From contig JACRMP010000005.1 in assembly GCA_016214885.1 (NCBI GenBank), positions 134,725 to 198,724 on the forward strand: a stretch of 64,000 bases of DNA. The letters run 5' to 3'. This document shows positions 45,678 through 55,901 of the stretch, one piece after another. The notes under the pieces were generated by a model. It worked only from the letters and a program-made list of their open reading frames with translations, searched no databases and was not told where the DNA came from. Position numbers and translations under genes: made by a program. The DNA comes from Candidatus Gottesmanbacteria bacterium (GTDB lineage: Bacteria; Patescibacteriota; Microgenomatia; UBA10105; UBA927). Numbering within the stretch: position 1 is the stretch's first letter; each line of letters starts with the position of its first letter.

Positions 45678-46892
45678 TTGGGGTTCCCCCACAGAAAATA
45701 TACACTGGCATTAATTTCAGTCTTGCTCTATCCTAGAGGCATTATTGGAGCCCCGTGTATCAATATGCGTGTGATGATCTACCGTGATTATAAAGAAGAA
45801 GGCTGGGAAAGCATGCAGGTGTATGCTGATAATTTGGCTACCTCCCTGCGCAGGATGACCAAAAAATTGCGGGTAGATGAATTTGTTGCGTTCCCCACTC
45901 TGTCGCAGCATCTTGCGCGCGACAATAAATTATTCCGGTATGTATTCAGATTTGCCGTTAACCCCCTCTTCGCACCCCGGCATCAGGGTGATGTAAATCA
46001 TATTATCGATCAGGCAAACGCACACCTTCTTGCCGTTTTGGATCCGAAGAAAACCATAGTTACCTGCCATGATCTTATTGTCCCCTATTGGGTTATGCAT
46101 AATGTGCATCCCCAGACTTACAAAAAAAGGATAAAACGAATTGTTGAATTGTGGAGAATTGGTTATTTGAAAAAAGCGGCAAGAATTATCGCCGTCTCCC
46201 ACGCAACCAAGAAGGAAATCATTGATACGATCGGAATAAATCCAGAAAAAATTGCGGTAGTGCCTGAAGGCGTTGATGAAATTTTTACCGCACCTTTATT
46301 GGCCGCAGAACTTCGGTCTGTCCGGCTCCGTTACGCGTTGCCGGAGCGATACGTGCTTCATGTGGGTACAACGCATGAGTACAAAAATATGGAAGGGCTT
46401 TTAAAAGCCGTGGCTCATTTGCGGAGGAATGACCGCTCTTTGAAGCTGGTGAAGGTAGGTACCCCTTGGACCAGATCTCAGAGCCGGCTGATCGATAAGC
46501 TTTTGTTAGCGCCACACATTTCCCATCTCGGCTTTGTTCCGAAAGAGGATCTCCCCGGTATTTATGCTTCTGCCCTGTCGCTCATTCACCCTTCATATAC
46601 CGAAGGGTTCGGGTTTACCGTCCTAGAGGCAATGGCAGCAGGGTGTCCCGTAATTGTTTCGGATATTCCGGCACTTCGGGAAATGGCCGGCGCAGCCGGA
46701 ATATACATTAATCCGGCAATTACCGTTTCAGATATCCGAAGAATTTATTCAGCGATTCATTCGTCACAAAAACGAGCACGCTTAAAAAGTTTGGGCAGGA
46801 AACGCGCCACCTATTTTTCTTGGAGCCGAACCGCGAAACTAACCGATGCCATTTACCGTGAGGTAGCGGCGCAACAAAGGAAAAACCCATGA
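45678..46892 (+). CDS. glycosyltransferase family 4
   Basis: LSLIHPSYTEGFGFTVLEAMAAGCPVIVSDIPALREMAG (GT1 E-x7-E region). Confidence 0.7.
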   Translation: MGFPHRKYTLALISVLLYPRGIIGAPCINMRVMIYRDYKEEGWESMQVYADNLATSLRRMTKKLRVDEFVAFPTLSQHLARDNKLFRYVFRFAVNPLFAPRHQGDVNHIIDQANAHLLAVLDPKKTIVTCHDLIVPYWVMHNVHPQTYKKRIKRIVELWRIGYLKKAARIIAVSHATKKEIIDTIGINPEKIAVVPEGVDEIFTAPLLAAELRSVRLRYALPERYVLHVGTTHEYKNMEGLLKAVAHLRRNDRSLKLVKVGTPWTRSQSRLIDKLLLAPHISHLGFVPKEDLPGIYASALSLIHPSYTEGFGFTVLEAMAAGCPVIVSDIPALREMAGAAGIYINPAITVSDIRRIYSAIHSSQKRARLKSLGRKRATYFSWSRTAKLTDAIYREVAAQQRKNP

Positions 46893-48064
46893 ATATTGTT
46901 TTTGTTTCTCTTTATTCTCCCATTACTTATCTTGGCGGAGCGGAAATACTTACGCTGGTTTTGGCAGAGTCACTCGTGAAGCTTGGTCATCATGTCATTA
47001 TATATACGGCGGGAACAGGACGAAGGAATATGTTAAGAGGTGTAGTTATACAGGAAACGCCACTGTTTATGTTTCCTCTGAGATTTCGTGCCACCCTTCT
47101 CCCGCTATATTCACTGGTATTGGGTGCATTTTTTTCATTGAACCGGGATTTTCGCAATGCCGATATTGTTCATGCGATTGACAGCGGAGCAATCGTACTT
47201 TTATCAGGCTGGGGATTTCTCCGGGAAAAATTTGTTGCCACTATTCAGGATTACTCGCTTATCTGGCCGACGAAGGATTATTTTTCATTAGGAAGATCAA
47301 AAAGAACCCCGTTGTCATTTGCCGGAGTTCTCACCCGTATGATCCGTAAAACAGTTAGTCTGAGCGCAGCGCGCCGGTTGCGGTATGCAGTTTGTGTGAG
47401 TGAGTACGTCGCTAGCAAATTCAGGGCAGTAAATTCTAAAACAAATATTACTGTTATTGGTAATTGTGTTTCGCCTGATTGGGAAAAGCAGGTGGCCACC
47501 GCCCCGCGAGATATTGATATTCTTTATGTCGGTAAATTAATGCCATATAAAGGCCTTGATGTGCTTCTTTCGTCACTACGACGCCTATCAGATATGCGCA
47601 CATTATCGGTGGTGATTGTCGGGGAGGGGCTTATGCCGCGCTATAAGAATCAAGCGGTGCGGATTGGCATATCCCGCCATGTTACGTTTACCGGCCCTAT
47701 TCCTTACCTGGATATCCGCAGGTTTTACCAGAGGTCAAAAATAGTTGTGTCTCCCTCTATCTGGCCGGAACCATGCGGCAGGTCAATTATTGAGGCAATG
47801 TGGTTGGGGTGTGCGGTGGTGGCAACCAATGTCGGCGGAACTCCTGAATCACTGATCGATGGTATTCATGGATATCTGGTTGATCCGGGAAAGCCGTCTG
47901 AAATAGCAATTGCTTGTGGGAAGCTGTTACGAAATACCAAAAAGCGCAATACATTCGGGGAGGAAGCCGCAAGATATGCGCATAAGAATTATTCATCGGA
48001 TCGGATCGCAAAAGAATATTTGCGTTTCTACAGCTTGATAAAATCAGGCCAGTTGATAATATAG
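46889..48064 (+). CDS. glycosyltransferase family 4
   Basis: VVSPSIWPEPCGRSIIEAMWLGCAVVATNVGGTPESLIDGIHGYLV. Confidence 0.7.
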   Translation: MNIVFVSLYSPITYLGGAEILTLVLAESLVKLGHHVIIYTAGTGRRNMLRGVVIQETPLFMFPLRFRATLLPLYSLVLGAFFSLNRDFRNADIVHAIDSGAIVLLSGWGFLREKFVATIQDYSLIWPTKDYFSLGRSKRTPLSFAGVLTRMIRKTVSLSAARRLRYAVCVSEYVASKFRAVNSKTNITVIGNCVSPDWEKQVATAPRDIDILYVGKLMPYKGLDVLLSSLRRLSDMRTLSVVIVGEGLMPRYKNQAVRIGISRHVTFTGPIPYLDIRRFYQRSKIVVSPSIWPEPCGRSIIEAMWLGCAVVATNVGGTPESLIDGIHGYLVDPGKPSEIAIACGKLLRNTKKRNTFGEEAARYAHKNYSSDRIAKEYLRFYSLIKSGQLII

Positions 48065-48070
48065 GGAGAT

Positions 48071-48886
48071 ATGAAAAATCCACTACGACTTTTCCGGCAA
48101 AAAAAGGCTCTTACGTTTGTGATAATAGGAATTGTCGGACTTATTCTTGCGGGATTGGCGAGCTATCAAGTTGTTACGCAAAAACCTACGTTTGTTACCG
48201 TGAGAATAAAAGGGAGCCCCGGTAATTGGTGGTGGGTCACTCCCCGGCCGCCCGATTGGCTAGCAAATTCAGTACACGCGGGAGACAAAGAATATAACGC
48301 ATCAAATAAAGCAATTGCCGAAGTGTTAGCGGTTGATATTTATGATGCCGGCGGTCCTACAAAAGATATATATCTTACGACAAAATTAGATGTCCGTTAT
48401 AACACAAAAACGAAAAAATACCGGTATAAAGGTGAACCTTTGGAAATTGGAGGGCCGATTAGCTTAAGTCTCGGGAGCACTTTTTTCCCCGGAATGGTTG
48501 TGGGTATTTCCGGTGAGGGAACCGTTGCTCCGGAATATAAAGATTTGATTATCCAGGTGCGTCACAAGGATCGTTGGCCATACGAATATGACGCGATAAA
48601 AATCGGCGAAAAGATTGTTGACGGAAACAATCAGCCGATTGCCGAGATTATTGCTAAGTCTCAGTCGCCCGCCATAAGAGAAGTGCAAACGCTCGCTGGT
48701 CAGGTCGTCAAAGGGCTCAGTCCGGTGTTAAATGATTATTATGTAACCATAAGAATTCGCGCAGAGGAACAGGATGGGCAATTTATATACCGCGAGGAAC
48801 AGTATATAAAGGTAGGAAATCAAATGTGGTTGTTGTTCCCCAGTTATAATATGAGCGGCGCACATATTATAGCTATTGAAAAATGA
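48071..48886 (+). CDS. signal-anchored extracytoplasmic protein of unknown function
   Basis: One N-terminal TM (LTFVIIGIVGLILAGLASY) followed by a soluble domain. No recognisable motif. Confidence 0.35.
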   Translation: MKNPLRLFRQKKALTFVIIGIVGLILAGLASYQVVTQKPTFVTVRIKGSPGNWWWVTPRPPDWLANSVHAGDKEYNASNKAIAEVLAVDIYDAGGPTKDIYLTTKLDVRYNTKTKKYRYKGEPLEIGGPISLSLGSTFFPGMVVGISGEGTVAPEYKDLIIQVRHKDRWPYEYDAIKIGEKIVDGNNQPIAEIIAKSQSPAIREVQTLAGQVVKGLSPVLNDYYVTIRIRAEEQDGQFIYREEQYIKVGNQMWLLFPSYNMSGAHIIAIEK

Positions 48887-48889
48887 TTC

Positions 48890-50437
48890 ATGGACAATAC
48901 CGCTACCTATCCTGATATATATGAGCAGGGCCGCTTTGGATTGCAGCTCCAGATGCCCAGCTACCAAACCGAGTTTCCCCACGATCTTCCCTTTGATCCC
49001 GGTGCGACGAGCAGTCTTTTTGAGCTTAATTATTTCCCCTCAACCGCATCAAGGCTATTGCTTTTGATTCCCATTGCGCTGGTGCTGCTTGTATTTTTTT
49101 TCCGGAAACACATCCAGAGCGGGTTCGGGCATATCGGCTTTCTGATAGGAATGATACTTGTTTTTTTTGGTCCCCTGCGACTGCCGTCGTTTTTTCCGTT
49201 TAACACAACTTTAGGACTGGTTAAAGCAATCGGACTATTGCTCACGGGATATGCAGCGGTACTTTACGTATTGAAGCGTGTTAAGTTCGATCTCTTTGAG
49301 ATCCCCTCTCTTGCCCGGGTCGGCGTCTATATTATCAGCTTATTATTATCGGTATTTGTGATGACAAACCCTTCTTTTTTTATTGCTGACTTCGGCATAG
49401 TACTAACCGGCGTGCTGTTTTTTATCCTGGGATTTATTTATTTTACCTGGAGTACGGCCGGACTACTCATTACCACCTGGGCAAGACTGTTGGCTATTGC
49501 TGGCATAATTGTACTTACAATATTCATTGATCGAGGTGTCGGTGCGGAAATCATTTCATTATTGTTTCAGAAGTATGAGAATTTTGTATTCCTGCACGAT
49601 CTTTCCCGCGGGAGAATATTTTCCATTATCGACTTTGAATATTTTATTCCCTGCGTTGCCATTTTTATTGTCGGGTTTAGGCTAAATAAACAGCGCCGGT
49701 CGATTCTGGAATATTATATTTTTACCACAATGTCATTCGTTGCAATTCTTCTAGTGAATTATCGGTACCGGTTTCTTACCTATGTATTGGGTTTAATTTC
49801 AATTTCATTGTTTACCAAAACAATGGCAAAAGCTATCAGAAAACATACTATAATTCTTCTTGTTATTTTAAGCACATTATATTTCGGTTACTCGATTGCG
49901 TTTTTTAGAAGCACAATCCTCGACCGTTTCCTGGTAAGGAATTATTCTGAAGACCAGGTTAGTATTGACCGGCGCCTTGTTATGTATCAGCAGGCGTGGG
50001 AGCTTTTCCAGGAGCGTCCAATTTTGGGAGTAGGCCTGGGGAATTATAAAGACAATGTGCAGATAGTTTATTCCCGGTTTGGCGGGAGAACGTATGAGCC
50101 GTATTATAAGATTTTACAAAACGTATATGCATATCCCCATAACTGGTTTTTGACCGTGTTGGCAGAAAACGGCATTGTGGGATTTGTTGTTTTGATGTGG
50201 ATGCTTGGGATGTTTTTGGTTATGGATATAAGGCTTTATCAGAAGCTCGCTGGTGACCGTCTTCTGGTTTTTGTGACACTTAGTACCATTGGTTGGCTAT
50301 ATGTGTTTGCCAATCTGTTTACCATGATGCACGTGTCGCTTCCTATGGTGATAGTGTTTTGGGCGTGCAGAGGTATGATAGAGAGGATTCATCATGAAGT
50401 ATTCCCCCAGGGAAGAAAACTTAGTGCCCCAAGATAA
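48890..50437 (+). CDS. Wzy/O-antigen-polymerase-like membrane protein
   Basis: At least ten TM helices. The late periplasmic loop ILGVGLGNYKDN...AYPHNWFLTVLAENGIVGF is a Wzy_C hallmark. Confidence 0.55.
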   Translation: MDNTATYPDIYEQGRFGLQLQMPSYQTEFPHDLPFDPGATSSLFELNYFPSTASRLLLLIPIALVLLVFFFRKHIQSGFGHIGFLIGMILVFFGPLRLPSFFPFNTTLGLVKAIGLLLTGYAAVLYVLKRVKFDLFEIPSLARVGVYIISLLLSVFVMTNPSFFIADFGIVLTGVLFFILGFIYFTWSTAGLLITTWARLLAIAGIIVLTIFIDRGVGAEIISLLFQKYENFVFLHDLSRGRIFSIIDFEYFIPCVAIFIVGFRLNKQRRSILEYYIFTTMSFVAILLVNYRYRFLTYVLGLISISLFTKTMAKAIRKHTIILLVILSTLYFGYSIAFFRSTILDRFLVRNYSEDQVSIDRRLVMYQQAWELFQERPILGVGLGNYKDNVQIVYSRFGGRTYEPYYKILQNVYAYPHNWFLTVLAENGIVGFVVLMWMLGMFLVMDIRLYQKLAGDRLLVFVTLSTIGWLYVFANLFTMMHVSLPMVIVFWACRGMIERIHHEVFPQGRKLSAPR

Positions 50438-51697
50438 TTACAGAAGGCGTTTTTGTTTCACCAACACCGCACTACCGATCGATTCCCCTACCCATCCCCA
50501 CAATACAGCCGTTGCTAACCCAACGCCATCCATATCTTTTGCGATAAAAAATAATACTCCAATATTTATTGATGCGCGCAGCACGGTAAGGAAAAGGTTC
50601 TCTTTTGTGTGTCCTGCCATATCAAGAAGTTGCCGGTTTGGCCACGCGATAAGGGCGTAAACAGCGTGTGCGGCAACCAGAATAAATAATATATGATTGG
50701 CAGGGCTGTAGAGTGTGCCAAAGATCATTGATATGATTGGCGCACCGTACGCAAAAAGAATCCCGGAAGGAACGAGCACTGAAACGCCAAGCCACAGCAT
50801 CAGTGTTTTATATATTGACCAAACGGATTTTTTTTGTGCATGTACGCGGCTTGCTGCAGGCAAAAACACAGACAATACCATTTGTGGAACGATATGAGTG
50901 AGCGCAGCGAGTGAAACAGCGGCTGCATAAAATCCCACTGCATCACCACTGCCTTCCGCACGGATGACGTAAAGTAGTCCTATATTTATTGCTGCCGTAA
51001 TGATCTCCGAAAGGCTTACCGGGAGGGTAAAGTTCAGGAATCCGATGGATAGCTGCGGTGTAAATCGTTTGATGACGGACAATTTGACCAATATAAATAG
51101 ATTAATGACGGCCGCAAGGAGCGTGCCCGCCGTATACCCGATTAATGCACCGATTATCCCCCAACGGAGCACCAGCATGCCGATGATAGTAAAGACAAAC
51201 CTCAGCACCATGTCGTTAGCCTCGGTTACATACGATAACCTGACGCGTAAAAGTCCAAGAAGAATGCCTTTCACAAGAAGGGTTGCTGTAGAACCGATGA
51301 ATCCGAACGAGAGTATGCGAAGATATGGCGCTGCATGCTTTGCGTGGATAAGAATGCCGATGGAGTCTGCATGGAAGTAAAGAATGATGCCGACAATACA
51401 CGATGAGACGCCCATGATGGTTATTGCGGAGGCGATTATGGAGTACCTGGCATCTGATTGTGATTTTTTCTCCAGAAAAGAAATAAACCGCGTCACGCTC
51501 ATCGGAATACCGAGGGCGGCTATCGTGGTCAATCCAAGAAAAGTTGAAGTGGCAAGATAATAGTCCCCGAAGTCAGCGACACCAAGCCGGGACACGAAAA
51601 TTTTAAGAATAAAATTAAGCAGCTTTGATCCTCCCAAGATGAGAACGCCCAGTGAAATGCTAGTGACAAAAGACGCAATGAGATCGTTTTTTTTCAC
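50438..51697 (-). CDS. Wzx-like polysaccharide flippase (MOP superfamily)
   Basis: 419 aa, about 12 TM helices; N-terminal LLNFILKIFVSRLGVADFGDYYLA is typical of Polysacc_synt. Confidence 0.6.
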   Translation of the reverse strand: MKKNDLIASFVTSISLGVLILGGSKLLNFILKIFVSRLGVADFGDYYLATSTFLGLTTIAALGIPMSVTRFISFLEKKSQSDARYSIIASAITIMGVSSCIVGIILYFHADSIGILIHAKHAAPYLRILSFGFIGSTATLLVKGILLGLLRVRLSYVTEANDMVLRFVFTIIGMLVLRWGIIGALIGYTAGTLLAAVINLFILVKLSVIKRFTPQLSIGFLNFTLPVSLSEIITAAINIGLLYVIRAEGSGDAVGFYAAAVSLAALTHIVPQMVLSVFLPAASRVHAQKKSVWSIYKTLMLWLGVSVLVPSGILFAYGAPIISMIFGTLYSPANHILFILVAAHAVYALIAWPNRQLLDMAGHTKENLFLTVLRASINIGVLFFIAKDMDGVGLATAVLWGWVGESIGSAVLVKQKRLL

Positions 51698-51743
51698 AAT
51701 GAAAAGTGTACACGCTTTTACGGGATATGACTACCGTAAGTTC

Positions 51744-52766
51744 TTATGAGGATTTCGTCGGTACCACTACTCCGAAGTCCGGCTTGTCAGGCAGCGGGAA
51801 ATGGATAGCTGCTTTGTCTTTGAACGCTTCGAGGGCCACCCGGAATATTTTTTTCCGCATCATGGACTTTGCCGTGCACACCATCCAGCAAGCGTCACAG
51901 GAAGCGACACGTTTGGCATATGTTTGATTAGCGAGGATAGTTTCCATGGACTGGGTTTTAATATTTCCCATCTTCCATGGTTTTAGATGGCATGTATATA
52001 CGCTCCCTAATGAATCCATATAAAAGAATCCTGTACCCGCATCACATACCAGCGCTCTTTTTCCTGTTTGGACGAAGGATATAAGCCTTTTGATAAACCA
52101 ACCGCGCATGAGTTCTTTTGGAGACATCCGCGTAAGATGGATTTTTGCAGCTTCTTTAAGACGGAACTCCAGTCGTTCAGGATTCTTCGGACGAAGGTTT
52201 TCTTTTCCGGAACCAAAATAGATAACTGAGTTAGTTGCTACCGTCATAGAAAACTCTACACCAAGATCGTCTGCTAATTTCTGAACCTTGGGAAGTTCAT
52301 CGACGTTTTGATCGATAAGCGTGAAGGCTATTCCGAGGTCTTTGGCACCAACTTCTTTTGCAATACGGAGCGACTCTAAGATTTTTTTATATCCTCCAGG
52401 GATTCTGCGGATGGCATCGTGTGCTTCCCCTATGCCGTCTATGGACACACGGAACGCAAAATTGGGATCTATCTCGAGTATTTTAGGAAGGTGTTTTTTG
52501 ACCATGTGCGGCATGAATCCATTGGTATTCATAATAAACCGGGCGTTTGGGGCGGCCTCCCGCATGTTGCGTACAATTTCGACGATATCCTGCCGGAGGA
52601 ATGGTTCTCCCCCGGTGATGTTTATATCCTTAAGGCTGGACGGGAGCTTTTTATAGTATTCAGCAGGGAGTTCGTTGGGTATTTTATTTTTCCAAATGTC
52701 ACACATAATGCAACGTGAGTTGCAATTGAGCGTTATGGCGATGATTGCCGATGTCGGAGCCTGCAT
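51744..52766 (-). CDS. radical SAM enzyme with C-terminal SPASM/twitch-like Cys cluster
   Basis: CNSRCIMC (CxxxCxxC) near the N-terminus and GGEPFL; additional Cys motifs CDAGTGFFYMD...TCH and CDACWMVC. Confidence 0.65.
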   Translation of the reverse strand: MQAPTSAIIAITLNCNSRCIMCDIWKNKIPNELPAEYYKKLPSSLKDINITGGEPFLRQDIVEIVRNMREAAPNARFIMNTNGFMPHMVKKHLPKILEIDPNFAFRVSIDGIGEAHDAIRRIPGGYKKILESLRIAKEVGAKDLGIAFTLIDQNVDELPKVQKLADDLGVEFSMTVATNSVIYFGSGKENLRPKNPERLEFRLKEAAKIHLTRMSPKELMRGWFIKRLISFVQTGKRALVCDAGTGFFYMDSLGSVYTCHLKPWKMGNIKTQSMETILANQTYAKRVASCDACWMVCTAKSMMRKKIFRVALEAFKDKAAIHFPLPDKPDFGVVVPTKSS

Positions 52767-52780
52767 AATAGACTACTGTA

Positions 52781-53455
52781 TCATATTTTTCCTATAATCC
52801 GGCGGATTAACTGTTTGAGCTTATTAAAACGACTCAAGCCGTACAGATTAAAATGATGATAATCCCACCATGGCCTTTTATCGTTGCTTATGCGCTGTAC
52901 AATGCATAGATTTGGTTGGGATACCTGCAGGAACCGGAAGTCGGGTCTATTGGAGGCGATCCAGCCCAAAACCATTCTGGTTTGCGGTAAGGATGCATCA
53001 TGAAAGAGTAAAAAGCCCCCCGGAGAAAGCAGCTTTTCCAGATAGTAGAAATCGAGAAATATACCGTCAAAAAGATGCCCCCCGTCGATAAAAGCAAAAT
53101 CGAAAACTCTTTTTTTCTTTAGCAACAAGGGCAACGCCCAGTGTGAATACCCGGCGATTAGTGTAGTGTTTTTCCAAAGTCCCAGCGCCTTCATGTTGCG
53201 TATGCCCATGTTGCCATACTTTTTCTGAAATGGGTCAATAACGGTATGCAACGCTCCCGTAGTGCCTGCAATAATAGCGGCTGAATAGCCGTATGCAAAA
53301 CCTATTTCCACGGTGCGTTTGCCCTTCCAGTTGTGGGAAATAAGAAAGTTATATAAGGCGGCCGCTTCGTCATCTGTTATGGAGATGGAGCGTTTATTTT
53401 GTGGTATCCGGATATTTCCGCGGATTTGTTCAAATGACAGTGGCGGTGTTTTCAT
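52781..53455 (-). CDS. class I SAM-dependent O-methyltransferase (TylF/MycF/CmcI-like)
   Basis: VEIGFAYGYSAAIIAG is a Gly-rich SAM loop; FIDGGHLFDGIFLDFYYLEKLLSPGGFLLFHD matches the macrocin-O-MT-like fold. Confidence 0.5.
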   Translation of the reverse strand: MKTPPLSFEQIRGNIRIPQNKRSISITDDEAAALYNFLISHNWKGKRTVEIGFAYGYSAAIIAGTTGALHTVIDPFQKKYGNMGIRNMKALGLWKNTTLIAGYSHWALPLLLKKKRVFDFAFIDGGHLFDGIFLDFYYLEKLLSPGGFLLFHDASLPQTRMVLGWIASNRPDFRFLQVSQPNLCIVQRISNDKRPWWDYHHFNLYGLSRFNKLKQLIRRIIGKI

Positions 53456-53460
53456 ACAAA

Positions 53461-54684
53461 TTATCCGGCAATCCTATCATGATTAATAACAGACATCATG
53501 TAGGCAATTTTTGCCCTCCACGAATTACTCACTGCTAGTGTACGCTGTTTTTGTCTGTACGAACGCGGCCAAGTAGCGCGTACACATTCCCGTATGGCCG
53601 CAGCGAACGCTTTTGGTGTCGCCGCGATCTTAATGAGAGGCACAAGGCGTTTAAGTTCCGGTATCGGGGTTGCAACAACAGGAACCCCCATATAAAAGTA
53701 TTCATGAGTTTTGACGGGAAAACTGAAATGGTTAAAAATATGACGCACATTATATGGTGTTATACCGGCAGAAAAAGTACGCATATAGGAGGGGAGTAAT
53801 TTTCTCGGCTTGTTTCCGAGCATGAAGACATTTGGAAGGTTTGTAAGCGTGTGTATTGACGGCGTTTTTGTATTTGCTATCTGATGCCGGTAGTCATTAT
53901 CTATCGGACCGATAAATATAAATGCATAGTGCGGGAGAAGTTGAATTACTTTTTGCATAAGCGTCACATCAATTCGTTCGCTAATATTGCCGATAAATCC
54001 GATCCGCGGACCCGGGATGCTTATGATATCGCGCGGTACACGCCGAATCCCGTTCCCCATGCGGTAAGTGTCCAGGTCGAACCCTGCAGGCGTGTGATAT
54101 ACAGAGGGGTGAAGGTGTTTGAGTCTATGAAAAAGCGTTGTTGTATTTGTAAATACGTATCGAGAGCCCCGCAGTATCAGTTGTTCGCGGCGCTGCCATA
54201 ACCTGCGGAGTGACGGGACTTCCGATATAAACGCATCGAGGCAATCGTAGACTTTAATCCAACGTTTGGAGAACCATTGCGGGATGACCGCTGTTTGCAG
54301 GGAAAACATCCAGAGCACGGTGCGTTGTCTGATGCGGTATTTTTGACGGAGATAGACGCAAACTGCCCTTGTTTGTATAGCAGCAAAAAAGAAGTTTATT
54401 TCGGCAATAAACCTGATTCGCTGAAACGGGAAGACATACAGCGGTCTGAATATATATAACGAATGGTTATGGGTGAGAAGAAAACCATATTTGTGTTCCT
54501 GCAACAGTGACCGGAAAGTATAACCCTCCCCCACCAGGAAGCAAAGCACAACGTTGTCTTCCGAAAGTATCGTTGCGGTAATGCGTTCATAATCCGCTCC
54601 CCAGGCAAACGGAAGCGCAAATGGGAGGACAATAAGCCGATTCATAATCGTTGGATGTTTTGTCGGGCTGCCTGAGGTGATCAT
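53461..54684 (-). CDS. glycosyltransferase (GT1/GT4-like C-terminal domain)
   Basis: THEYFYMGVPVVATPIPELKRL and a Rossmann-like IGFIGNI. Motifs are weak. Confidence 0.45.
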   Translation of the reverse strand: MITSGSPTKHPTIMNRLIVLPFALPFAWGADYERITATILSEDNVVLCFLVGEGYTFRSLLQEHKYGFLLTHNHSLYIFRPLYVFPFQRIRFIAEINFFFAAIQTRAVCVYLRQKYRIRQRTVLWMFSLQTAVIPQWFSKRWIKVYDCLDAFISEVPSLRRLWQRREQLILRGSRYVFTNTTTLFHRLKHLHPSVYHTPAGFDLDTYRMGNGIRRVPRDIISIPGPRIGFIGNISERIDVTLMQKVIQLLPHYAFIFIGPIDNDYRHQIANTKTPSIHTLTNLPNVFMLGNKPRKLLPSYMRTFSAGITPYNVRHIFNHFSFPVKTHEYFYMGVPVVATPIPELKRLVPLIKIAATPKAFAAAIRECVRATWPRSYRQKQRTLAVSNSWRAKIAYMMSVINHDRIAG

Positions 54685-55892
54685 GCGGTCACACCGGCCT
54701 CACGAATAAACTTTTTTAATTGTGTTATTGCGGTTAACGATCCGTGTGTTTGTTGTATGTAATTCATAATCTTCTTTTTTAAAAGCGTTTTTTGACCGGG
54801 CGGTAACCGGAGAAATAGTTGTATGGCGGTAGCAAGGCCTTTGTAATCGGGTTGCTTGGCCAGGAGCCCCGCAAAGTGCCGGAGGATTTCCTGCGATCCC
54901 CCAGTGGGGAAAGCAATAACCGGCGTTCCGACCGATAACGACTCCAGTGTTACCATGCCGAGCGTTTCCAGTTTTACCGAAGGCATGATGGTCGCATCCG
55001 CGGCCTTGTAAAGGCTCCACATATCATTCGGCGCCCTTTCCCCCATGAAGAAGGTGTGTATGTTGCCCGGCAAAGAAACACGGAGGAGATCCGAAAAATA
55101 ATACACGGCATTTGGATGTACAGGTCCGCAAAAAATAATAGCTATTTTTATATCCGCGGGTATAATCGACAACGCCCGCAATAGGATGTCTTGGCCTTTT
55201 CTTGGCTCAATTCTTGAGGGAACCACTAACAGAAATCTATGCGGATCAATGCCCAGTTGTTTTCTGGCTGCGCGTTTTTCATCTGCGGTTGTTTCGTGAT
55301 ACATGAACGGAACCGAGAGAAGATTTGCCTTGTGTTTGTGAAACAATCCATTGAGTTGTCGCCGGGCAAAGGTGCTAAAACAGCCCACCGTTGAGCGTTG
55401 TATAAGTATGTATTGCAGGAGCCAGTGCAGCCAATGGACGAAGGAGTGTTTTATTTTTCTCAACAAATTTATTTTTCCCTGAACATATGATTTTTTTTCC
55501 AGATACAGAGCTCCGTGATAAAAATAGGCATAAGGAATTCTCAGTGCGCTGCAATACAGATTTGCGGCGAAAGCGCTGTAAACAATATTCCCAATAACGC
55601 CCCCCAGTAAATATTCCTTGCGGATAGACCGGATCAACTGTATTGTCCGGTAGGCTATATAGAAAAAACGGCGCGGATGACCGATGTCGGGAATGCTATA
55701 CGTGATGATTTTTTTGGCATACGGAAACCATTCAGTATCCAATGTCTGTCCGGGGGAAATGCCAGTAAGAACGATAATGTCCGCTTTAAGGCTTGATTGT
55801 GCTGCTGAAAGAACCGCACGGTTCAGCGTGAATGCTCCACCCGTGAACAAATCGTCAAATATAACTAGGATTGCCCTGTTTTTCCGGTCCAT
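54681..55892 (-). CDS. glycosyltransferase family 4
   Basis: ADATIMPSVKLETLGMVTLESLSVGTPVIAFPTGGSQEIL. Confidence 0.7.
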   Translation of the reverse strand: MDRKNRAILVIFDDLFTGGAFTLNRAVLSAAQSSLKADIIVLTGISPGQTLDTEWFPYAKKIITYSIPDIGHPRRFFYIAYRTIQLIRSIRKEYLLGGVIGNIVYSAFAANLYCSALRIPYAYFYHGALYLEKKSYVQGKINLLRKIKHSFVHWLHWLLQYILIQRSTVGCFSTFARRQLNGLFHKHKANLLSVPFMYHETTADEKRAARKQLGIDPHRFLLVVPSRIEPRKGQDILLRALSIIPADIKIAIIFCGPVHPNAVYYFSDLLRVSLPGNIHTFFMGERAPNDMWSLYKAADATIMPSVKLETLGMVTLESLSVGTPVIAFPTGGSQEILRHFAGLLAKQPDYKGLATAIQLFLRLPPGQKTLLKKKIMNYIQQTHGSLTAITQLKKFIREAGVTA

Positions 55893-55901
55893 AGTACATG
55901 G